From Albugo candida (lineage: Eukaryota): DNA of 64,000 nucleotides. The stretch lies in the NCBI GenBank assembly GCA_040437565.1, contig JBDOQK010000043.1, positions 248,001 through 312,000 on the forward strand. The letters run 5' to 3'. The notes beneath the pieces were generated by a model that worked only from the letters and a program-made list of their open reading frames with translations, had not been told where the DNA came from and did not search any database. The translations under genes were made by a program, and so were the position numbers. This document shows positions 25,824 to 39,029 of the stretch, in pieces; the first letter of the stretch is position 1, and the number at the start of each line of letters is the position of its first letter.

Positions 25824-26489
25824 ATGAAGACTACTACCTTTTCCCTCATCTCTGCTACGCTTGCTTTGTACACTTCTGGACAAGACGCTCCATCGAATGC
25901 GACCACCATGAACACTGCTTCCAACATGGATGACGATTCATCCAGCAACATGAACACTCCTTCCAACAACATGCCGAGCAACAACATGCGACCTATGGCT
26001 AACAATGAGATGAAGATTGTATCCCCCAGTCCAATGAACACTGATCGACCAATGTGCAATGACACTGTTACTAAAATGGCAATCAAACAGTGGAAGGATG
26101 TGATATCGTTCACATCATGTTCCAAAGCAGTGTCAATGCCCATCAAAAGCATTAATGACGTTGCAAAACTCTCCACTGAGAATCTTCTGAAAATGTGTTC
26201 ATCTTCGGAATGCATCAAACCATTCTCGGATATGGCATCGTCAACTGTGTACAAGAGCTGTGATGTCATGTATGATGGAAAAAAGCAAAATCTTGCCGTT
26301 GAAGCTGGAAAAATTTCTGATATGTGCCAAAAAGACGATAAAGATGAGAAGCTTTCAGGAAGCACTGATAATTCAGGCGATGCGGACCCCAAAGATCCTA
26401 CCGTCAAGGATGAAAAGTCCAGCGCCGCTTTTCACTCATTCAGCGCAGCCTGTATCGCTATTACTTTCTTTGTATTGGCTTCGTACTAG
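25824..26489 (+). CDS. GPI-anchored elicitin-like protein (ELL), copy 2
   Basis: Close paralog of 16130-16831 with six Cys, signal peptide and GPI-like tail. Confidence 0.8.
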   Translation: MKTTTFSLISATLALYTSGQDAPSNATTMNTASNMDDDSSSNMNTPSNNMPSNNMRPMANNEMKIVSPSPMNTDRPMCNDTVTKMAIKQWKDVISFTSCSKAVSMPIKSINDVAKLSTENLLKMCSSSECIKPFSDMASSTVYKSCDVMYDGKKQNLAVEAGKISDMCQKDDKDEKLSGSTDNSGDADPKDPTVKDEKSSAAFHSFSAACIAITFFVLASY

Positions 26490-26949
26490 GAATAAAAGTA
26501 TCGTAGATTGTATACTCCAATATCATTCATATACAATACATTGACTTCCTGTCCAAAATATCTTACTCATTGCACTTCTATACCTGCTATATCCGTAATT
26601 GGCTCATCGAAAGCCCCCAAAGAGTGAATTTTGGTCAATGGCAACCGAAATATAAAAATAGTCGTGCGAAGCCTGGAAACTATGCTGACTCCCCAATGTT
26701 CACGTTTGTGCAATCCATTTCTGACATCTATAAGAAAGTTGATTACAGATCCAGGAATAAAGCTTTGACTCAAAGCGTTGCTCCATGAGCGCTTTAAATA
26801 TACTTTTCGGCATTGATAAATAGAACCTATTCATCGGTCTTTAGATTAAGCTTACATAGATGCAGAATCCACTTCCTTGTCCCGGTCCAATTTACATCTT
26901 TTTCTACAAAGTGGAAGATTTTAGAGTTTTACGAAGGAATTGTTGGTCA

Positions 26950-28420
26950 TGTCGAAAGCATCGAAGTCTAAGAAAAAGAGCAGCTTCCAGACCATCCACA
27001 ACCATAGCATGTATCTTTGAGTAGAAAGTGCACTTGACAGCTTACAACATCGTAATAGCTATGCCTTAGAACTCTTCTTCAAACTTTCGGAACAAGCTCT
27101 TTTTTCTCCACTTTTTTTTAAAAAAACTTTGAGAATTGGAGACTCTACAATTCTTTCACTGTTCATCAATCCACTATTTCTTCTTGAAAGACTTTTTCCA
27201 AAGTGTTGGTGCCAATGTTCCAGAACACAACTCAATCCAGTGATGTCAATGCGTTGGATGGATAGTAATACTGAGCAGAAAACATTGGAATCGAGCTATG
27301 AGCTCTCAAGTGCTGAAACCGTGTTCCCTTCTCATTTTTCTAGAGAAAAAAAGACATCCACTCCACTTTTGCCCATAAACTTGACAAATCCTTGAATAAT
27401 ACTTGGGCCCATTTAGAGAAGTAGAAACGCAACTCGTTCAGTGCTCCACCGTCTGACGACCTACGCGACAACGGATTCAGCGGGAAAAATCATTTCCAGC
27501 ACCATCATCTCCGAAGAAATAATGGCACAACCCGACCTTCAAAATAAGAGAATGTAACACACTGAAGTTATCTTCACGCTACGCCAAATAACAGTCACCT
27601 TCATGAGTTCATCAACAAGCTTCGATGGAGATGGTGGCTTTAACTCTGCATAAAGGAAAGCAGACGATGAATTTGATGCCAGTCAGTATGCGAAATCAAC
27701 TAAATATCGCGCCTGGAATGCAATTCCAGCACCCTTCGTCATTGGGTCTCATCAAATGTAAAGCTATTTCATGTCAAGACGACTGTGACCTTACAAGTGA
27801 AAGAGGAATGCATGAATCAAGAAACACATTTCCTCAAGCAACACACTTTACAAAGTCTTCGAATTGTGCGAATCGCGCGATGTTGCCTTATCCAAGCGAA
27901 TAATCTGTACCAGAGCTCTCAGCTCTTGGTCACTTTACTGCATTTCAACCTTTGGAAAACTTCCAAATCGCAAGTCAAGTTCAAAAAAATGATGGCAAGC
28001 ACACGTGCACGACAAGCGGTGATGATTCTCTCAGGACGATGGAGTGGGGCACTTTTTGTGTTGCCAAATGTTTTGCGAAGATCGGAACTTTGCTGGCCAG
28101 GGTATCTGGTCAAATTATCGCGTTTTGCATCTAAATGCGTTCCGTGATGTATGCCTTTATTGCGATCGCCAAAGCTATCACTGCTTTCCAATCATAAGCT
28201 CACGACCTCGTCTACCATGCTTTCGCTCTAGAGATTCCATTCGGCCGAGTGCGTTTGCTGAAACAGTTGAGCATTGTTTCAGTTAATGGATGACAAAGAC
28301 ATATTGCTAAAGGATCTGCTGTTGCAATGCAACACGTATTATACATGGACTTCTATCTTATATGCGCATCAGCTTTACAAAGTGCTAGTTGCAAGCTGCA
28401 CAACTTCCCAAGCTCTTTAC
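26950..28420 (+). pseudogene. Decayed copy of orphan gene X
   Basis: MMASTRARQAVMIL and ASCKLHNFPSSL match the 58075-58647 ORF. Confidence 0.55.
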
Positions 28421-30770
28421 CGAGGACAGGCGACTTGAAAGTGGCTGCGAAGTACTATAAACCTTTGTACACAGCCTGCACCGTTCGGAGATGTTTGTGG
28501 TGGTTCGACGATCATGGAGCTTGATACACGTTTGCAAGTACTTTCGTGGATGATCAGTGGTCGTTTTGATTCGCCTAAATTTCTTGAGAAGCCTCAATTC
28601 TAACTCGGGCTCTGGAGACATGCTGCTCACGATGACGCGATGGAATACGTGCACTACATTCTTCATAAACCGTGTTGAATGCCGGCTCACACAAAATGAC
28701 TTGGATCGCACGAGTATAATGAGTAATTGTCGAGCCTCTTAATAATAGAATAGATCCACATTTAAGACTCTTCTGCATTGTGTGAGCTGAGATATGCGCA
28801 AAATCCAGGAAGCAAGAGCTGGAAGCTTCTGTGGCATGTCTGACTATAGACACTTCACAGGGAGCCGAGTATGTTTGCGTGCGAATGAGCTCTCCACGAT
28901 GGCTCGGAAGGCTCATGACGTACAAGTAATTTCAAGAGAAAAACACAACTTCCTCGTAAGGTTTGCTTATGCTCCGCCTGATCAGAGGATTGACGGCGTG
29001 CTCGGTTACCACAAGAAAAATCTCTCCAAAAGCGAAGTCGTGGGAGATAAATGGCTTGGCTCGAGATTGGTTGAGCTTGATAATCTTCCAACACGTTCAC
29101 GAAGCACGTCGTTCGTTTGCTTGAAGCTGATCCAGATGCGGGGGAATGATTTACACTGGAAGACGTGCATGTCGGCATCCGTACAGCTATAAAATCGTGG
29201 GCCAGCATACTTAGCGAAATATCAATTGATAGTACCGGGGGTTTACAGCATCCACGTCGATCTTGTAGCAAATCTCTCATTAGGAATATCTTTAAAGGAG
29301 CGCCAGAGATCTTGGAGCACGACCACTGTTGCTTCAGATAATGAGGCGAAAAGCCAGTGGATGCGCACAAACATGAAAACCAGCTGAAATGCCTGTTGTA
29401 GACCAACGATGTAGGCCGGTTCTTTCGATCTGACATGGATTTTTTGAATCAGCGAAGCTGTATTCGGTATTTGTAGGAAAGTATTCTTCAAATCGCCTTT
29501 TTCCACCAGTACATTTAGCTTATCCTTGTTCGATTTCTTCCGCTTCTAAAAAGGCTGTGATTTTTTTGAGAATTGAAGTGTTATTGCTCGGAGTTTGCTT
29601 GCTATTGGAGCTTGATAGCATCGAGTGGCGTTTCATAAATGTTTCCCGGGAAGGATTTGATATCGGATGAGTTTTGCCATCATGATTGCATTCTTATCAG
29701 CATCGTTGTCCTTCCTTGCATATGATGGACTCTTTTATGTGCATTTTTAGCGGCAATGCGTTCTTGTTCGATCTCACGCAAAATCGTAGGATCCCAATGC
29801 TTCTCCTTTGCTAAATCGAATGCTTTTGTTTACAATGTCGTTGCGAGTTTTAAAGAATACAAATCTGCTTGTCCAGATGCAACCTGCTTTGAAATACTCG
29901 AAACATTGCTTTGTGTGCGGCTGGATGGAGGTTACTGGGGGTTTAGTGCATTATTACAAAAACACGTGAGGGAATCATGGCTGAGGATAATTTATACTTG
30001 GGTAATCCTCCAGTGATAGATTATCGATCCTCGTGGTCCAAATGGCCTCAAACGAGTAGAAGATTGGTAAGTTTGCATATTCTTCCTGAGAATGCAATGC
30101 TGCCAAAAAATGTAGCATAATGAATGAATTTGTGGGTAGTATGAGGATGACGCTTTGAATGCCTTTCAGTCTAGAGGCCCATAAGAACTGTGGAGAGAAT
30201 ATCCCTCGTAACTTGCGGAAGTAATCGCAGATTGCACTCATAACAAACCTCATAGATCCAATTCTCCCATCTACATATATTAGTGAGCCGTAGGACAAAG
30301 CGTCCAAGTAATTTTGCTGCATCCTTGAAATTGAACTGGTGCGCTTGTATGAAGGAGTGGCTCTTTTATCATAAGTCTGACCGTATCGATTGTCTCATTG
30401 CTCCATAACCTTCATAGACGAGCTCATTTGCATGTGTTCATTTCGAAAATCGATCGTTTCTTTCAAGATTCATTTGTGGAAAGACTGCAAGGTAGTCTCA
30501 AAAGCTGCACCAAAGCCTTGCTGCGCAGCTTCCATCTCGACTGGACGCCAATTGTGTATTAACCCTTCTTGTTGCGTTGCAGCGGTCTGGGAGAAATTCC
30601 AAGTACTTGATGAAGCTATGGACCGAGGAGATATGCAAGGTGCATCATGATCCCAGAAAAATCAGAAAAAAAAAGCCGAGCTGGTTTCACCGTTGCTTTT
30701 CTGTCCAAAATATTGTAAGTAATTGATTGGGGTTGTTTTCAACTATGCGACGTCAGATCCAACTTTATGA
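28380..30770 (-). pseudogene. Pol5/MYBBP1A pseudogene
   Basis: PEPELELRLLKKFRRIKTTT at ~28600 and an ASSRDGSCAARLWC-like remnant of ASSRDAARQGF at ~30520-30550. Heavily decayed. Confidence 0.7.
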
Positions 30771-30844
30771 TGCCATGAATTCTCGTAAAAGCACGAAAGT
30801 ATCCGATGACAAATGATGTCAACGTTGTTCGCAGTTTGATAGAA

Positions 30845-31790
30845 GAAATACTGTCTATGGTTGTAGTTTTCGATTACTGCTGTTATTGGTATAGCATCAT
30901 GTCGAATGTATCGAAAAACATCATCAAGCCATTGCTCAGAGAGTCTTCTTACACCTAAACGTCTCTTGTCGTTGTCACATCTTTTACTGGAGCGTGCTGC
31001 TTTGAGCTATAGGGATATTTGTTGTTCCCGTCTGCTCAAAATTAGGACGTTGTAAATAATCTACCGCTTGATAACGTGAATAGTATCGTACCGATCGCAA
31101 TATTTCCTGCTGTGTGAACCAAGCTAACGTTGTCACACGTTGTTTCCTCCAATTAACTTGACGTGAGAACGGATCCAGGGTAGACAAATGCAAGATCCTG
31201 TAGAAGGAAAGCTTTCGGCAACCGACGAAAATCGATGCCGGTGATCTATTCTTATGAAGACGGGCATCAAAGAGAGCATGAGCGAGCCTCTGCATCAGTC
31301 CGAGTCATCGACACGGTATCGTACACTAGGAATGACGAGGTGAAGCTTGGTGACAATCTGATTCAAGTCCCATGACATCAAATGCTTGCCTCCTTACACA
31401 AGCAATTATGAATTTATACGAGCCGTGGATATATCGTCAACCGAGACGACACGTTCGAATCGCTTCCTTTCATGTCAAACGATTGTAGCGCACTGATCTG
31501 TGAAATTGCTTTTTGGGGATGGTGAGGCTATGCGCAGTTAGAGCTAAATTTAAACTGTTCAAGCGATCGCGTTTCCCCTATGTGATGTCGTTTTGTCACT
31601 GTTGATTGACTTGTTACAAGTAAAGATTATAGCTCGACAGAATCCATTTTTCTGAGCGATATCAGTTCTTTTTCCATTTAAGATTACTTTTTCCTGCTTT
31701 TGCGCACGTAACTCGAGCTATCTCGTAGATGCGCTATCGCGTACAACCTCTATGTGTAAAGGACGCATTCTATTGAGCTCCATGCTCAAA
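30845..31790 (+). repeat. Cassette block A copy
   Basis: Homologous to 7605-8460. Confidence 0.6.
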
Positions 31791-31889
31791 TACGAAATGA
31801 ATTGGGACTCTTCGAACTTGCTGGTTGCGAGAGAAACTTTACCGTTTCCTGGAAATGAGTCTCAGTCTTCAGACTTTCTTTGTATAAAG

Positions 31890-32440
31890 TCACGACGTTT
31901 CCGTATCCATATCGGTCAAGGCTCATGGTCCTACTCAACGGTTTCGTTCCCCGGTTTATGCAGCTCGGCCTAAGATAGAGGCCTTGCGGATAGTAGAATC
32001 GAAAGGTTGGAGGCTTAGATCATAGAAGGCAATTGGTTACAATACAACTTGTTGACGAATTTATTTGATTCCGAGTACCAAATTCTATGACATTTGCATG
32101 AATGGAAACGCACTCAACTTGACATAAGAAAATGGTCGTTATCAAGATATTTCCCGTCATTCGTCACAATCGGCAAACGTTTTAGAAGATATGTGCACGA
32201 TCCATTTACCTTGGGAATATATCATCAATATTCTTCACTAGTACATACGTCCACTCAACTGTTTGTCAGAAATATTGACGCTTGTACTTTTCCCATAGAA
32301 GATTGAAAGAAGATGATGATGAATGCATACTGGGATCTTCGATATTTAAAAGTTTTAACCTGCTATAATGACATGTGGAATAAGTATCTGTGGATGATGA
32401 TGCGATGGACAGTGTGAAGGAATCTGATCTCAATATTAAA
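31890..32440 (+). pseudogene. Pepsin-like pseudo-protease pseudogene
   Basis: HGPT, NGRYQ and CTFPIED*KKDDDECILGSSIF remnants. Confidence 0.7.
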
Positions 32441-32787
32441 TCGATGATAAAGGTGAAATGAAGAAGGAATCAAGGATGCACTGTTGTACGGAGGAGAAGT
32501 TTAGGAAAACAAGCGATATTGACTGGACTAAGGGGAGGAAAAATACATAGTCATCGCACATTGGATGCGCGAATTCGATGTTTCTCTCTCTCAGTCTTAC
32601 CTGGTAGCAGCCATTCGAAACAATCGGCAACGCTGATGGCCGCGGTTGACAATACGAGATCCGCATTTTATTGCAATTTTATCTTTTCTTATTTGAAAGT
32701 TGCTATCATTCTCGGTACCCGACTAATATCGTGTTTTGTTTGTATGGCCAATCGTTAGAATCTTGTAATTGTAAAGGGCATGTCAGC

Positions 32788-33054
32788 TTATGATCTCGCA
32801 ACCGTCGATTTCATATCGACTTTCCTCTCATTGCCCGCGAAACCGAAGCATACGCTGTAGCGATTCATCAAGTAGTCGTTTGCATATGGCATGGTCTCAT
32901 CGACACATCGAAAGGATACAAGACTGAATGAGATCGAGCGCTGAATCAATGTGGGATTGCCAAGCCAACCACACGCAAAAAGCAAAGCGTCACACGCTGT
33001 ACAAGTAGTAACAGCGGGAATGAGGATGGTTAAGAAGGTCTTGATGGCCTTCAT
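32788..33054 (-). CDS. Small secreted Cys-containing protein (88 aa), candidate effector
   Basis: Signal-like MKAIKTFLTILIPAVTTCTA followed by CDALLFACG. Homologous decayed copies recur in other cassette units. Confidence 0.5.
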   Translation of the reverse strand: MKAIKTFLTILIPAVTTCTACDALLFACGWLGNPTLIQRSISFSLVSFRCVDETMPYANDYLMNRYSVCFGFAGNERKVDMKSTVARS

Positions 33055-33424
33055 ACAAAATGAAATAATGGATTTTTGGTTGGTGTCAACAAACGCCGAG
33101 GGCTCCCTTTAAGAGTACGAATACGACCGAAATAGATGCTCAGACCAGGATTAAGATTTATTTACAACGGAGTGAGCGAGGAGCCTGACGAGACAAAGAA
33201 GACATTTTCCATATCACCGATTACGATTCAGCTGCAACTTGACCCGTTTTGTTCAGCTCGATTCAATGCTAGGATGAACCCGTGATCTATTATGGCAGAG
33301 GCATCTGATGTGGTAATTAGACCANNNNNNNNNNNNNNNNNNNNNNNNNNNNNNNNNNNNNNNNNNNNNNNNNNNNNNNNNNNNNNNNNNNNNNNNNNNN
33401 NNNNNNNNNNNNNNNNNNNNNNNN

Positions 33425-34281
33425 AATCAAGGATGCACTGTTGTACGGAGGAGAAGTTTAGGAAAACAAGCGATATTGACTGGACTAAGGGGAGGAAAAA
33501 TACATAGTCATCGCACATTGGATGCGCGAATTCGATGTTTCTCTCTCTCAGTCTTACCTGGTAGCAGCCATTCGAAACAATCGGCAACGCTGATGGCCGC
33601 GGTTGACAATACGAGATCCGCATTTTATTGCAATTTTATCTTTTCTTATTTGAAAGTTGCTATCATTCTCGGTACCCGACTAATATCGTGTTTTGTTTGT
33701 ATGGCCAATCGTTAGAATCTTGTAATTGTAAAGGGCATGTCAGCTTATGATCTCGCAACCGTCGATTTCATATCGACTTTCCTCTCATTGCCCGCGAAAC
33801 CGAAGCATACGCTGTAGCGATTCATCAAGTAGTCGTTTGCATATGGCATGGTCTCATCGACACATCGAAAGGATACAAGACTGAATGAGATCGAGCGCTG
33901 AATCAATGTGGGATTGCCAAGCCAACCACACGCAAAAAGCAAAGCGTCACACGCTGTACAAGTAGTAACAGCGGGAATGAGGATGGTTAAGAAGGTCTTG
34001 ATGGCCTTCATACAAAATGAAATAATGGATTTTTGGTTGGTGTCAACAAACGCCGAGGGCTCCCTTTAAGAGTACGAATACGACCGAAATAGATGCTCAG
34101 ACCAGGATTAAGATTTATTTACAACGGAGTGAGCGAGGAGCCTGACGAGACAAAGAAGACATTTTCCATATCACCGATTACGATTCAGCTGCAACTTGAC
34201 CCGTTTTGTTCAGCTCGATTCAATGCTAGGATGAACCCGTGATCTATTATGGCAGAGGCATCTGATGTGGTAATTAGACCA
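33425..34281 (+). other. Exact duplicate of 32468-33324 across an N gap (assembly artefact)
   Basis: Identical ORFs at a 957 bp offset, bounded by the gap. Confidence 0.85.
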
Positions 34282-34775
34282 GCGAAACTGATGGTGACGC
34301 AACGCTTCTTTCATGGTTTTGTCGAATAAAGGTCAAGCAAACAAACCCGATACCTCAACCACAACTTGTCATCACGATCGAATAATGACAGCCATTGAAT
34401 GATTGATCAACTTTTTAACACAGAAGCGGTTTCCTGGCGCACTGTTAGCGAAGAAGCGCCATATGATTCTGCGCCCATCTTATAGCTTGCCATTTCTGTC
34501 ATCCGACTTATATTTTGTGACGACATGATCAATACATTTAGGTAAAATGACTACTGAGGGTCTGGCCAGCAAAGCGCTTCAAAGCGAGCGAAATAGACGA
34601 ACATAACTGGCGTCTAGTCTATCAAGATCTACATACATGATTTGGCTATTGCGTCTCCGTACTCAGCAAACTACATCAATGAATTTCGTCGGGTACATTG
34701 ACGATATAATCGATTAATGATAACGTGCGAGCTACTCAATTTGCAATTACTCTCTCTCCTAAGTGCGTAGGTGCA

Positions 34776-35262
34776 TCAACCATTCTTGGCTTCATTGTTC
34801 AGATGCCTATGCATCTCATTTACGGATATAGGCCGCATTGAACTGTACAGGGCAACGGGGAATGTTTCAATCTTGTTCCACTCACAGCCACAATCAATTG
34901 TTTCTTGCGCTTCTACCTTTGCCCAGATGAAATTCTTTTCAGTCGATACCGCCAGGATATTCATTTTGAGAGCAAGACACAATAAGCATGCCTTATCAGG
35001 ATAACGAAACAACGCAATATCGTATCCGTTCATGGAGGGGTTCAAGTTGTCGGAAGAGCCTGCTCTGTCTCCGAGTGATTTTCTGGAACTGCTGGCCTCT
35101 TCGTTGGGACCCAGCAATGTTTGTTTCCCCTGTACAGTTCGGAAATACTCGTCTGCATTTTTGAAGCAGATACCATTGTTGACATAGGAAATCCTCATGC
35201 AGGCACGCTTGCTGGATTTTGTGATGCAATATGGTAGGTCTCGCTGAATCCCACTACTGTCG
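34776..35262 (-). CDS. 3' part of a CCG effector, 5' end lost in an N gap
   Basis: The frame is open back to the gap. LFRYPDKACLLCLALKMNILAVS...SMRPI matches the C-terminal module of both full CCG genes. Confidence 0.75.
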
Positions 35263-35362
35263 NNNNNNNNNNNNNNNNNNNNNNNNNNNNNNNNNNNNNN
35301 NNNNNNNNNNNNNNNNNNNNNNNNNNNNNNNNNNNNNNNNNNNNNNNNNNNNNNNNNNNNNN

Positions 35363-36420
35363 ACGATTTGTAAGTAGAAAACGCAGTTAGGGCTTACAGT
35401 ATCGTGAGAACTATCGGAAAGAACTCTTCTACCAGTCTTTTGAAAGAAACTTTACTGGATCCCAGTTTCAGGTAACATAATCCACACATTCCAATACAAA
35501 ATACGATTGCATGCAACATGTCAAAATGACGTTTTTATATTAACAGAAATGAGTCGGAGGACTGAAAACGCACTTCCTGCATCAAAGATGAAGAGATGTC
35601 GTTAGCTCATTCGCACCATTTCATTTTTTTTGGTGAATTTGCCTTGTACCATAGAATTAAATGTCCAGAAAAACGTTTGCTTATCATAAATCTAATATGT
35701 CTTCGTGGATTGCTTCCCAAACTGTCGACACTGTCAATTTGCTCGGGTCACAACGTGTGATAGAACTCAATATTTCTAATCTCTCGCACCTAAATTGTGT
35801 GATTGGATGAATGCTAATATTGAGCAATACACATATATCTCCAATCACAAACTCTCAATCCCTCAGACGTCTTTTTTGAACACTAAGGAAAGAAGATGCT
35901 TCATTTGGCTCAACACTTCCGTCCATGGAACGACTCGCAACAGCTTCAGTAGGCAGAACCATTTCCGGCACCATCGATTTCATCCTTCGATGATGTTGCA
36001 ATANNNNNNNNNNNNNNNNNNNNNNNNNNNNNNNNNNNNNNNNNNNNNNNNNNNNNNNNNNNNNNNNNNNNNNNNNNNNNNNNNNNNNNNNNNNNNNNNN
36101 NNNATCAGTCGAACGGTGATTACTGTTATGGACGGCGTATGGTCATTGTGACCCGATTCATGATGAAATGCCTTAGTTGCTTTCCAATCGCAAGCTGACA
36201 CCGTCGTTTATCATGTTTCCGCGCTAAAGCTCCCCTTTGGCCGAATGCAAGCGTCAAACCAATTGCAGCAATTGGTGCAATTTGTGGAGGACAAAGAGGC
36301 AATACTATAGGATATGTTGTTTCAACTGAAAAGTCATCCACGCGTGGAATTCTTTCTCATGCGCGCGTCAACTTTGTCAAAGTGCTGGGGGTTGCAAGCT
36401 TAACAACTTCTAAACTCTTT
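35363..36420 (+). pseudogene. Decayed copy of orphan gene X
   Basis: Similar to 17360-17880, 27020-27500 and 28000-28420. Confidence 0.45.
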
Positions 36421-38910
36421 ACCAAGGACAGGCGACCTAGGCGCAACTGCAAAGGACGCTATACTTTCAAGCCCCGACTGCATATCGTCATCAAGATGTT
36501 CGTGGTGGTCCGTTGAACATGAGCGAGATCGGAGCTTGATGCGCGTCTCCCCGTGTTCTCTCGAGCGAGAATAACGATTGCTTTTGGTTGCTTGGCTTTC
36601 ATGGACACCTTCGGTTTGAAATGGACTCCGAAGCCATGCTGCTTAGAAAAACGCGATGGATGCTGGTTCGCGGAGTAGTGGCTCGGCTCGAACGAGTAAC
36701 CGGCGTGCTTCGGACTGAAGGAATGCATCGTCAGTTCGAGGCTTTTCTGCTTTTTGTCAATCCAAATATGTCCAAATCGAGGAAGTAAGAGCTGGGAAGC
36801 ATCTATGTGGTGTCTGGCTATGAACTCTTGAAAGAATGGACGAGGGAACCGATCGTGCTTGCGTGGGAATGTGGTCTCTATCGCATGACGCATCACTCCT
36901 CCCACACCTTCCGTCAACTCTGGCTGGGAACACGAATGACATACAGAGAGAGCAACACATATGTTGCTGGTGGGTTTGCTCATATTCCGATTGACACAAG
37001 GCTTGATGACGTGTTCGGTGACCAAAACGGAATCTTCTTCAAAGCCTAGTCAAGGGAAGTAAACAGCTTGGCTCGAGAATGAAAGAGTTCAGACAACATT
37101 TTTATACGTTTGTAGAGCACGCGTATTCGATTCCTCTTTCGGTTGCTTGAACCTGGCTCAAAAGCGTAGGGATGATCAACAGCGTGAACGATAGCTTGCT
37201 GTCACGAGACAATTACACTTGCACGAGATCCAACTCTAGCAACTCGAAATGAAGGTGCCGTTGTTACAGTATTTTCGTCTCATATTTCTTTTATCATTCA
37301 TCTTTCGATTTCAAGTCTCAAGTGATGAACTCTAGACTATTTCGATGCACCAAAGTTGAAACAGAGTCGAAGACATTCATAAACATATTTCGAACGGTAC
37401 TAAAGTCTTAGTCCATCACACTGAGAAGTAACAATCAATACGCCACGGGGTCTGTAGTCCCGACATTGACCTTCGATGTTGTAGCATCTTTGTCATTGTA
37501 AAGATCGCTAGAGAACGCTCTAGGTGTTGAAGCACGACGACTGCTTCGTCCAATAATGAGCCGTCAGCAATTAGAAGCTCGCACACATTCAAAACAGCTA
37601 AAACAGCTGAAGAGGCTAAATTGAAGGAGCGTTGTCGGTCAAATGATTCGATTTGATAGGAAGTATTTAAACCAGCAGAACGGTACTCGGAATTTGTTTG
37701 AAAGCATTCTTCGCAACGACTTTTCTACCAGCACATTGCAGTGTACACTTGTTCGATTTCTTCCGCTCTTCACAAGGTTTGGGGAGTTTTCTACGGACGA
37801 AAGTTCGTGTTCACTGGAAATTGACTTGCAATATTAGAGCTCAAAAACAACAAGACGCGTTTCATCAGTACTTCCTGGAAAGAGTCCGAGATTGATTAAA
37901 TGTTCCCATCGTAATTCCGCTTTTACTTTTGATCGGCATCGTGTACGTTCAAAGGATCATTTAATGGTGAGCATAGAGAATTAGCAAATACGGCTTTGTT
38001 TCGTTCAAAAAGTGCGAAACTTACGAGCAATCAAAGAGGATCTTGCCAGTCCTTTTGTTTCCGCGTCGTATCTGTCTAAAGGGGTTGAATCAATCGATCT
38101 AATGCCCATACTCGAATGTGATGTACTCTACCAACCAATTCCTAAGTAAATTAGTGCTTTTGCGCTCCTCTTCGATCTCAAGCAAATCGGGAGATATTCA
38201 TGCTTCTTCTCTGTTGAACTGACTGGTTTGCTTCCAAGGTCGCTGCAAATATGGAGGGCTTGAAAACAAGTCTTTTGCGCTGCTATGTAATATGCTCCTC
38301 TGATAGAAATCTCATCGATCAATGCTTTCCAAATTTACCTAACAAAATAACCGGAATGTATTGGCGGGTGGCATGAGAATGACGCTTAGAATTACAACGA
38401 AATTCACATTTTGATACGGGAGCAATGGCTTTTCCTTGCTAAATAGTAAAGGGAATTTGTCTTCGGTTACGTTATCAGTCGAAAACGTTATCATAGACTT
38501 TGAGAAGCAATTGAAGCTGTTCGTGCTCATACGCTTTACATGTACACGTAATGAAGAGCCTATAGGGATTTATGAATAAGAAGATATCTTGTGTCCCTGC
38601 GGTAGTAATTGGAGAATGCACTCATTTCAAACGTCAAATATTCATTTATCCCTTCTAGATATATCAATAGGCTTGATCTCTATTTTGCACCCTATCAAAA
38701 GTTGTTTGAGGCGTCTGGATGTACACATGGCCATATTCACCCGATTATTGTCTCGTTGCTTCTCCCTTATCATAGATGGACGCATGTGTAGACTGAGTTA
38801 GTTCCTCTCTTTGATTGCATAGTAAGTACAGACCCGAAAAGGCTTGTATTCCAGCTTTGTTGAGGAGCATCTCGAGAGGACGTCAGGTCGTAAATAAGGC
38901 GATGAGTGTG
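36385..38910 (-). pseudogene. Pol5/MYBBP1A pseudogene
   Basis: FKPKVSMKAKQPKAIVILARE at ~36560-36630. LTSSRDAPQQSWN at ~38850-38900. Confidence 0.75.
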
Positions 38911-39029
38911 TATTNNNNNNNNNNNNNNNNNNNNNNNNNNNNNNNNNNNNNNNNNNNNNNNNNNNNNNNNNNNNNNNNNNNNNNNNNNNNNNNNNNNNNN
39001 NNNNNNNNNNNNNNGTTGTAGCAAGTTAA

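Noticed and set aside
32468-34281. Second copy of the small secreted protein gene (33745-34011)
   Set aside because: Part of an exact gap-flanking duplication and probably not a real extra gene.
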